DNA of 62,738 nt from NCBI GenBank assembly GCA_001275005.1, contig JWZX01003380.1, forward strand, positions 1 through 62,738, in the 5' to 3' direction. The notes below the pieces were generated by a model, which ran no database searches, was not told where the DNA came from, and saw only the letters and a list, made by a program, of their open reading frames with translations. The stretch comes from Chrysochromulina tobinii. Taxonomy: Eukaryota. The position numbers were made by a program, and so were the translations under genes. This document shows, piece after piece, positions 54,485 to 62,738 of the stretch (position 1 is its first letter; each line of letters starts with the position of its first letter).

Positions 54485-56758
54485 ATGCAGCCTGGCGCGG
54501 CCACTCTACGATTCCTCGAGCCACCGCCGCGAACTACGCACGAGGCGTCTGCGCGCCTCGCTCAATTAGATGCGATAGGTCGTCTCTACAGCCGCGTGCT
54601 CTCCCTCCACAAGGAACGTGAGCGCCTGCTCAATGCCGAGGCAGAGAGTACCCTGCTGCCCGTGGCCTCTGCTCCCCTCCCCGTGGAGGCCATGCCGGCA
54701 ACATCCTTGCAGCTGCGCGAAGCGCTGCGGCGCGATGGGTGTCACCTCTCGACGGGGTGCTCTCTGCTCCGACCACTACCGGCGGATGGCATGGCCGACA
54801 ATGAGGATGCGCTTACACGGCTGGCTCAGATCGACGCAGCCATAAATGCGCTCTCCGTGATCGCGGCCGCAGAGGCGGCTGCCTCTCCCCAAGGGTCTGC
54901 ATCCGCGTCAACGACGCTCGTCGCGGCAGGACCTGCTGCGGCGGTGCCTGCGTCTCTTCTGGTGCATCTTGCCAGCGATGCTGAGCTGGGCCACTACGCG
55001 TCTCTCGCGACGCCGGTGGTGCGGCGCGCCTTTGGCTTCGCCGACAAGTGTGGCGGCAGCGAGCTCACACACGACAGCGCCGGCGCCATGGCCGAGGCCT
55101 TGCCGCTGGGCACGACGGTCATGCGGCCGTACCTCGCGCTACCGACGCGCAAGCGGCTGCGTGAGGGACACAATGAGGCCGCCGCCTCCACCTGCGCCTG
55201 GGTCTCCGCCTCCGCCTCCACCTCCGCCACCGCGCCACTCTGCCTGCGCCTGCCTATGGGCGCGCTGGGCGCGCAGTGCGCGCCCCGGCTGCTCGACGGC
55301 GACGTGCTTCACGTGCCCTTTAGTGCGGCGGAGGCAGCGCTTCTAGTGCGCGCCATGGCGCAGCACGGCCTCGACTCGTCCAGCGCTGTGCCGAGCGCGA
55401 ACCCCTCCGAGGAGTCGCCCCCCCGGCACCTCGTCGTATCGCTCGCCAGCCTGCTACCCGGGCGCACCCCTGCCGACTGCTGGCGCTTTTGGCACTCCGG
55501 GGAGCTGAGTGCGACGCTCGAGGCGAGCGCGGCGAGAGCTGGCGCGGGAGCAGCAGTAGCAGCGGCGGCCGCCGCCGTCGCCGGCTCGTCAGCCGCCGGG
55601 CCGAGCGCGAGCGCGGCGCCTTGCGCTCCCGACGCGTCCTCCGATCGGCTGTGGCTCCTTCGGCTTGGCACCACGGCCGCAGGCAGTGGCGGCTTGACGG
55701 CGGACGACGCGAGCGCCGCGGCGAGCGCCGAGGCCGCTGCCGCGGGCGACTACGTGACAGACCCACGGACCGTACGTGGCTTTGGCGGCGGCAACGGCCG
55801 GCCGGCGGGCGCATGGCGGCGCCCACGCGCTCGGCCGGTACCGCTGATGAAGGCGCTCGAGCGTCGCCGCTCCGGGCTTGACCGCGCATGGGCGCGTGAG
55901 GAGGGGGCGCTTCGCTCCCAAATTTGGCACGCCCTCCATTGCGTCTATCGGGCGGGCTCGGTGTCTACCAAACCCACGGGCCACGTCACTGACATTGCCT
56001 TCTCGCCCGCGCGTCACGCGCCGCGCCTCGCCGCCGGCTCCACTATAGCACCGCATGAGGCGGTCCTGTACGACCTGCGCAAGGGGACCAACAGCGTACT
56101 TGGCAAGCAGATGCCGACCAACATGACACCGCCGGCCGCCCATAACTCGACAGTGTGCTGTGTGCGCTTCAGTGCGAGCGGCGAGCGGCTGCTGACCGCC
56201 TCGTACGACCGCACTGTGCGCGTGTGGGACGCCTCGGATGCTCGGCTGCTCTGGGTGCTCGGTGAGCCTGATTGCCTCTGATTGCCTCGGAGTGCCTCGG
56301 ATGCGCGGCTGCTCTTGGTGCTCGCGGTGAGCCTGATGGCCTCTGATTGCATCTGATGGCCTCTGATGGCCTCTGATGGCCTCTGATGGCCTCTGATGGC
56401 GCTTATGACTCGGATGGCAGGTGAGCCTGTGCTCCCGGAGCCTCCCCCTGATGGCCTCTGATTGCATCTGATGGCCTCTGATGGCCTCGGATGGCAGGTG
56501 AGCCTGTGCTCCCGGAGCCTCCCCCCGACGACGCGATCCCGGTGAATAACCCGGAGCCCGACGCCGGCGGCGGCGGAGGTGCGGACGTTGACGACGACGA
56601 GGAGGGCGTGGATGGCGCCGTCGCGGGCGAGGCGCACGTAGACGACGAGATGGATGTGGAGGTAGAGGAGGCGGGTGGCGGCCCGAGTGGCGGTGTGGGC
56701 GGCGGCGTGGGAGGCGGCGTGGTCAGTGGCTTAGACATGAATCCCGGAGGCGGCGGCG

Positions 56759-56791
<33 letters not shown>

Positions 56792-58212
56792 GAGGCGACA
56801 GCGGCGGAGCACTTGCCATAATAGGAGCACCCGGAGGAGCGGCGGCGGAGGCGGCCGCGTTTGCGGCGGCCGCCGCCGCGGCGGCTGCACCTCCCACCCC
56901 CGCCCCGTGGACCTACCAAGGTACTCTCCAAGGCCACACCGATCTCGTGTTTTGCTTGGTGACCCACCCGACGATCGAGCATCTGGCTGCCTCCGGCGGC
57001 AAGGATGCTGCCATCGTGCTGTGGGATCACGAACGCGGCGAGGCCGTGCGCAAGCTCAAGGTGGCGCACGAGGTGATGGCACTTGCCTATGGACTCGGCG
57101 CATCGGCCGGCCGGCTGTATGCCGCTGTGGACTGTCCCACAGCGGCTTCGGGTGCGGCCATCGGGCACGGTCAACTGAACGCATGGGACACGGAGGCAGG
57201 CCAATGCGCCTACGTGGTGCCGCAGCCCAGGGGGCACGTCTCGTGCGTGCACTGTGCCCCGGACGGGAACGCGCTGCTTGTGGGCGCGGCCGACGGCTCC
57301 GTGCGCACGCTCCCGAGCCGCTGATTGCCCTCTGATGGCCTCTGATGGCCTCTGATGGCCTCGGACAGCCTCTCTGATGGACACTGATGACTTCGGATGG
57401 CCTCGGATGGCAGGTGCACCACCTCTGATTGGCTCTGATTGGCTCTGATTGGCTCTGATTGGCTCTGATTGGCTCTGATTGGCTCTGATTGGCTCTGATT
57501 GGCTCTGATGGCGCGAACGACTCCTCGGATGGCAGGTGCGTATGCTCTCGAGCCGCGACGGGAAGGAGGTCTTTAGCTTCAAGACCGGCATGGGCGATGT
57601 GAACCTCGTCTCGCTCTCCTGTGGCGAGACGTACGTGCAGGTACCCAGCGCTCTGCTCGCCCACGCCATCAATGATGTCCCTCATTGCATGCTGAGTGCG
57701 ACACTGATCGCGGCTTGAGTGCCTCCCTCATTGCATGCTGAGTGCGACACTGATCGCGGCTTGAGTGCCTCCCTCATCAGGCCGCGGGCGACGAGAGCCG
57801 AGTTTACATATTGGACGTGCGCCGACCGAGCGTCGCCCTCCACGTCCTCGAGCACGATGAGCCGCTCGAAGGGAAGAATGTCAACGGCGTCTCGGCCGCG
57901 TGGGCGCACCATTCGCACAGCACGCTGCTCACTGGCGCCGATGACGCCACCGTGCGCCTGTGGGATGTCCGGCGCGCGCAGCCCGCACTCAAGCGGCTCG
58001 TCGGTCATACGTCGCCGGTGAGCTGCGTTGCGTGGGCGCCCGATGACGACCTGCTCGCCTCGGGCGACGACGGCGGAAAGGTGGTTCTCTATGGGCGTCG
58101 CTCGGTAGCCCGGAGCGGCGGCGCGATGCACACAGCGCCGCTCCGGGTGGGCATCGAGAATGACATCGTGCTCATGCGCCAGGAACGAGCCGACGATCTG
58201 CTCGGAAGATAA
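54485..58212 (+). CDS. Myb/SANT-like plus WD40-repeat protein with a WDxR motif (DCAF-like)
   Basis: Exons 54485-56261, 56498-57300, 57536-57640 and 57781-58212 join in frame. Myb-like FSAAEAALL...LPGRTPADCWRFW. WD40 motifs LLTASYDRTVRVWD, GHTDLV...SGGKDAAIVLWD and LLTGADDATVRLWDVRR. Confidence 0.85.
56262..56497 (+). other. Repeat-built intron (236 nt) with (CTCTGATGGC)n and copies of both flanking exon ends
   Basis: GTGAGC donor and CGGATGGCAG acceptor. Internal copy of the upstream exon end (about 56294-56337) and of the downstream exon start (56421-56448). Confidence 0.8.
57301..57535 (+). other. Repeat-built intron (235 nt) with (TCTGATGGCC)n and (CTCTGATTGG)n
   Basis: GTGCGC donor and CGGATGGCAG acceptor. 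The first 21 nt match the next exon start at 18/21 positions. Confidence 0.8.
57641..57780 (+). other. Intron (140 nt) containing a 46-nt tandem duplication
   Basis: CAG/GTACCC donor and TGCCTCCCTCATCAG acceptor; 57678-57723 is repeated at 57724-57769. Confidence 0.8.
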
Positions 58213-58549
58213 TGACTATAACGCACCCGACCAACGGTCGTCCACAGACGCTGATGGCGGAGGGTGGTGAGTGCGAGAGTCTCGAGCGTCGAGGTCCGCC
58301 GTGGCGCCGTCTCGAGGTTATGGTTATTTTGCGTTGAACCGCGCGGGCGGCGCGTGGCTGCGCGGGCCGCGGCCCGCGGGGTCCGTGCGGGGTTCTTGCT
58401 TGTTGCGGGCTGTCGACCGCTGGATCGCCATCCTTGAGGGAGGGTACATGTATTTGAGGACGTTTTTTCCGAAGCACAGCGAACGGAGCGCCGTTTCGGT
58501 CGAGACGTCTTGTCAACGGCCCGACAGCAGCAACGGCCTCTCCAGGTTC

Positions 58550-60691
58550 ATGGCAGGCGTGGGGCCATGCCGTTTCTGGGGCTTCTCTGCTGCGGCCGAC
58601 CTGTTTGCTGAGAAGCCCGCCAACGTGTCTGCGAGCGACGACGACGGCGATAGCGGCGCGCAGCCGCTGCGGGCCCTATGCATCGCGCCGGGCGACGTCC
58701 GCCATGTGCTGCAGACGATCGCGATGGAAGCGCGCCGTGCGAAAGAGAGTGGCAAGCCCGCGCGCGCGGCCGAGTTCAGCGTGTATGAGCGCGAGCCCGA
58801 GACTCTCGCTCGGCACATGCTGCTGCTTGCGATCGCCCTCGACTTCGAGCTGCCCCGGCGCGAGCGCGCAGAGGTGCTCCTCGAGGTGTGGGCGAACACG
58901 CTCGTGCGTGAGAAGACGGCCGCGTACATTGCCTCGCGTGCCGCTGTGCTGGAGCGCGTGCTCACGGATGAGGAGGGCCCTCTCGCTGCAGTCTTCGACG
59001 TTAATGCGCTCAAGAGTAAGGAGCGAGACGCGCTGCTCGAGGTGTTGCGCTCATGGGCCGAGTCAGTCGAGTTTGACGTGGTGCGCCTGCGCGACGAGAG
59101 GCTGCGCACGTTTTACGGGGCCCGATACGACGCACGGCGCAACGTGCTCGATTGGGACTACACGATGGAGCTGGTACCCATGGCCTCGATTGTGCACAAG
59201 ATCCATTTCCGCGAATGGCGCCTAACAGGCGTGTGCTTCGAGGTGCGCGATTCCGACTACAAGGCGCCAAACCGTACGATGGCCTCGTTCGCGCTCGGGC
59301 GTCAGAAGGGACTCACGGTGGAGAAGCGCGGCTTCTGGGGCGACGTGGCCAACGGCCCGTGGGCCGCGGTCGGGGTCACGTGCGAGGACGAGCGCCTCAC
59401 GAAAAAGAGGAGCGACCAGCACTTCAAATCGTCGTGCGACATCGCGTACCACAACGTGCTCAACTGGCTCAGCGCGCTCGAGAGTGGCACGCCGTTTGCC
59501 CTGAAGCAGGAGGACATCGAGGCTTTCGAGTACGGAGGCTCCGTAGCCGACGGTGGCCTCGCTAAGGGTTTCCTCGGCGGCGGGGCCAAGGGCACTCTCC
59601 CTGCGGTGGTCGAGGAGGTGGCCCCGGAACCGACGGAGGAGGCGAGGAAGGAGGCCGCGGCTGAGGAGCTTCGTGCGAAAGAGGTTCGTGCGAAGGTAGC
59701 AGCGGCAAGGATGAGCAAGCTGCCGCCCTTCAAGCTGCGTCTCCTCTCGGGCCAATTTGTCGACACGATGCGCAAGCCGCGCCATAAGAACATGTTCGAG
59801 GTCGTCACCCTGTCGACGCACCTCGCTTACGTTCTGGGCTCTGACCGCCTGAACATGATCCTGCGGCCGAAGGCGACGGTGCTCGTCGAGACAGTCAAGT
59901 TCCTCTGCGAGGTGCGCAGCGAGCTGCGTAGAAACTACGCTGCGAAGCAGGGGCAATTTGCGGATCGGCTCGGCTGGACGCTTCGGGACGCTCAGGCCTC
60001 GGATGGAGTTGAACACGCAGCCCTTGCGTTCAGCTTCGACGCCGACACCGCACCGGCCAACGCGGAGCGTGCCATCGCCGAGCAGAAGGCGGCGGCCGAG
60101 GCCGGCGGCGCCAAGAAGGTGGACGAGGGTGAGGCGGGCCTGCCGCAGCTGATGCCACCCGCGGAGGAGGCGGAGGCTTCGGCCGACGAGAAGGGGGCTG
60201 CATCCGGCGCGGTGGTTGCCATGGCTACGGGCGCATCCAGCGGCCCGGTGGATGTAGCGGTGGATGCGGGCGCGGCTGGCATCGCGCCCACGCCGCCGCC
60301 GCCCGTCGCTGCCATCGCGACCAAGCCGGGAGAGCCCGCGCAGATCAGCGGCGTCACGGACGGCAAGTTGTGCGCGATCACCGGCGCGCCGGCAAAGTAC
60401 CGAGATCCCATCTCCGGGTTGCCTTATGCGGACCTGGCGGCCTTCAAGGAGTTGCGCAAGCTCTATCCCGACGTGAAGAAGGAGGAGCGCGAGCGGCAGG
60501 CAAAGATAGACGCGGAGCAGGCAGCCCAGGCCCAGGCGGCAGCCACGGCTAAGGACGCCGAGGCGAGCGACGCCGCCGGGGCGGCCAAGGAGCTCGAGAC
60601 CGAGCCTGAGATCGAGGTCATCCGGCCGCTCGAGCGGCGCGAGATCACATTTGGGAGCGATTTCATGCGCAAGGTGAACAAGGCCTTCTGA
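58550..60691 (+). CDS. DNAAF3: Dynein axonemal assembly factor 3 (PF22) with an extra C-terminal YL1_C-like domain
   Basis: FWGFSAAADL, GDVRHVL, LARHMLLL, LKSKERD, RDERLRTFYGARYDARRNVLDWDY, NRTMAS and RGFWGDVANGPW, followed by CAITGAPAKYRDPISGLPYA. Confidence 0.88.
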   Translation: MAGVGPCRFWGFSAAADLFAEKPANVSASDDDGDSGAQPLRALCIAPGDVRHVLQTIAMEARRAKESGKPARAAEFSVYEREPETLARHMLLLAIALDFELPRRERAEVLLEVWANTLVREKTAAYIASRAAVLERVLTDEEGPLAAVFDVNALKSKERDALLEVLRSWAESVEFDVVRLRDERLRTFYGARYDARRNVLDWDYTMELVPMASIVHKIHFREWRLTGVCFEVRDSDYKAPNRTMASFALGRQKGLTVEKRGFWGDVANGPWAAVGVTCEDERLTKKRSDQHFKSSCDIAYHNVLNWLSALESGTPFALKQEDIEAFEYGGSVADGGLAKGFLGGGAKGTLPAVVEEVAPEPTEEARKEAAAEELRAKEVRAKVAAARMSKLPPFKLRLLSGQFVDTMRKPRHKNMFEVVTLSTHLAYVLGSDRLNMILRPKATVLVETVKFLCEVRSELRRNYAAKQGQFADRLGWTLRDAQASDGVEHAALAFSFDADTAPANAERAIAEQKAAAEAGGAKKVDEGEAGLPQLMPPAEEAEASADEKGAASGAVVAMATGASSGPVDVAVDAGAAGIAPTPPPPVAAIATKPGEPAQISGVTDGKLCAITGAPAKYRDPISGLPYADLAAFKELRKLYPDVKKEERERQAKIDAEQAAQAQAAATAKDAEASDAAGAAKELETEPEIEVIRPLERREITFGSDFMRKVNKAF

Positions 60692-61244
60692 TCGCGCACG
60701 GGCCGGCGGACGCGGGGGCGCTGGATGTTTTGGGGCGGGACGGCGGGTTGCTGCACACGCCGCCCGCCCGCGCTGCTGCCGATCGTTGGGACGCGTGGCG
60801 CGCCGCGATCGGCTGATCTTTAGGGGCTGTGAGCGCTGCTGCAAACGCATCGGCGATCCGATTGGGCCGATGGAGTTTGAGACGCATGCTAATGGACGAC
60901 AGGATGCGGCGCATGTGTGATGGACCGTGATGCTCGATGACATAAACAATCGACACAATGCTCAATGGCGAGCTGAGTGTGCCTGTGGCGCGGCTGGCGG
61001 CCGCCGTAGAGTCGCTTCTGCAACCCGTGCGAACAGTGAGAATCTTCACGTGCGAACTGCGATGCGGTACAAAAGCTGATGGTCGATGTTGAGCGCGGGC
61101 CGGGCGAACGATGCAACCGGTTTGTATCCTTAAAGCCGTAGCGCGTAGGACCGGAGCGTCGCGTGGGTGGCGGCGGCTCCGTGCGAGCGTAGCACCATCT
61201 ACCGTACCTGCTATTATTTCAGCGTCTCTGCACCGGCCTTAGTT

Positions 61245-62354
61245 TTACCCCCGTAATACCGCCCGCGGAGGCAGCGCGGACCACGCCACGGTCCCGTCAC
61301 AGACGGGGTTCGCCAGCACAGGTCTCAGTGATTCTAGCAAATTGGGTGTTTCCCACAACCAGATTCTGCCATCGCGCACCGGCACGTCGCACGACACTCC
61401 TTGCGGATAGAGTACGCTGAGTGGCTCATCACGCCCACCCGAGGACGCCGAGTCCGGGTGAGCGCTGAAGTGCGGGGGCGGGAGGCGCACCGCTGAGGGG
61501 GAAGGCTGAGCGCCCTCTGTCTCCGCTTGCCAGTCCATTTTGGTCGGGTGATAACGACGCCTCACAGCGCGTTCTTCACGTAACTCAGGAGCACTTCGCT
61601 TTCGCGCCTTGGCGATCACTTCATCTTCATCATCGTCGAGATCGCCGTCGCTGTCCTCCACGTCCGCCGCCGCGATCGAGTTTGTCCTCGCGCTGCCGCC
61701 GGGCAGCTCGATGCTCGTCGGGAAGGTGCCGTCGCCCGCGTCGAGCAACACTCGGTTCGGACTGCCAGAGTTGCCAGGCAGCTCGTCGAGGTCGCCGTCA
61801 CCGTCCATGTCCGCCGCCGCGTGCGACGCAACAAACGGCGGTGGCGGCGGCCGCGGCCGCGGCTCAAGCATCGGCGGCCAGAGCTCACGCGCACGCGCGA
61901 CACTCGCGGCACTCGCGCCGAGCGCGACGGCGGCCACGACAAGCACGGCAGCGGTGAGGTCGAGAACCTTACGCCCGTCCACGTGGTCGTCTTCGAGCTG
62001 TGCCGTCGCAAGGCGGACGAGCTCCTCTCGAGAGGCAACTACGAGCCTGGGCGGGTAGGTGTGCATCCCCGCCTGGAGCATGAGGTGGGAGAGGGTTTCA
62101 CGATCGATCCAACGTAGAAGCTCAGTGGCCGCGTCGTCCAGCGGCACGGCACGTAGCCAGCACGCGACGTCGTCGCGCGGCCAGCCTAGCACGAATGGCA
62201 CAGCACGCATCTGCCGAGCACGTGGACGATGATTTTGCTGCAAGAGAGCACTTGGGTCGCATGCGAGTGATGACGCCGTCGGCTTCGAAGCCGACGGCGG
62301 TGGCGCGCTCACACGCCTCAGAAGACGACTTGGCGAAAGCATCGTAGCATGCAT
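61245..62354 (-). pseudogene. ORF carrying a degenerate FG-GAP/VCBS repeat fragment; possibly chimeric or decayed
   Basis: AADMDGDGDLD...NRVLLDAGDGTF...TNSIAAADVEDSDGDLD amounts to only about 1.5 repeats. The start codon is uncertain. Confidence 0.4.
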
Positions 62355-62738
62355 GATCGAATTTCTCGTTTGCTTGGAGCGAAGCGCCCGAGCCTCTGCA
62401 GCGAAGGCAAATTCGGGGTGTGGGAAACACCCGGAGCCGTCCGCACCGTGCCTCCCTTTCCGCTGCGACCCTTTCCGCTGCGACAAGGCGCAACCAGAAC
62501 GGGGTTGTGCGCGACGCAACAAGACGAGCCTCGCCTGGAGCCCCTTTCGCGTCTGATGAGGGGGGCAATTCGCTCGTTTTCCTGCTGGGAATTTGGTGGT
62601 TTCGCCTCCCACGTCCGTCGCGAAGGGGAGCGAACCCAAGGCGTGTTGAGGCTGCGAGCCCATTTCGCACGCACGACGAGCGCATCGGCCGGTGCGGCCG
62701 CTGCGGCGATGATTAAAGCGATCAACCGACTGCCGCTG

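Noticed and set aside
56330..57510. Regular 10-nt repeats as a CRISPR array or as PSEAIRGHQ / SQSEPIRAN repeat proteins
   Set aside because: There are no unique spacers and no cas genes. The repeats lie inside frame-restoring GT-AG introns, so the ORFs through them are artefacts.
59222..60958. Long antisense and alternate-frame ORFs (here and at 10395-11804, 16427-17518, 30714-31814)
   Set aside because: Expected shadow ORFs in high-GC coding DNA, with no recognisable motifs.
1..62738. Prokaryotic or viral origin; rRNA, tRNA or transposase genes
   Set aside because: Spliceosomal introns and eukaryote-specific genes are present. No RNA gene, transposase, RT or integrase motif was recognised by eye, though a covariance-model search was not possible.

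Overview
Eukaryotic, GC-rich, gene-dense and intron-poor genomic DNA with about 25 protein-coding genes, many in head-to-head pairs only 130-290 bp apart. No rRNA, tRNA or CRISPR array was recognised. Bipartite plastid presequences, flagellar genes, CSDGGPG Cys repeats and introns built from GATGGCCTCT-type repeats suggest a haptophyte alga, probably Chrysochromulina-like (inference). Recognisable genes: a mitochondrial carrier, a cathepsin D-like protease, FTR variable chain, COG2, Mpv17/PMP22, a plastid phosphate translocator, IMP1, SNF1/AMPK and DNAAF3. Main highlight: a reconstructed gene of about 3,590 codons (21556-32680, minus strand; 2 introns, 3 single-base frameshifts) joining a NACHT-type NTPase with an inserted RelA/SpoT-like nucleotidyltransferase fold, LRRs, Roc-COR and a C-terminal ADP-ribosyltransferase. 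It lies head-to-head with an OTU-like protease, near an LRR-only gene and a second ART gene. Other highlights: a Pls-like A-T-TM/LbH NRPS-like enzyme; introns whose 5' ends copy the next exon and which share repeat tails (candidate intron-generating process); and unusual fusions (CFAP97-esterase-IQ, DNAAF3-YL1_C). About 11 single-base frameshifts fall between 3 and 26.3 kb, most in homopolymers, and are most likely consensus errors. All domain calls come from reading motifs by eye, not from database searches.
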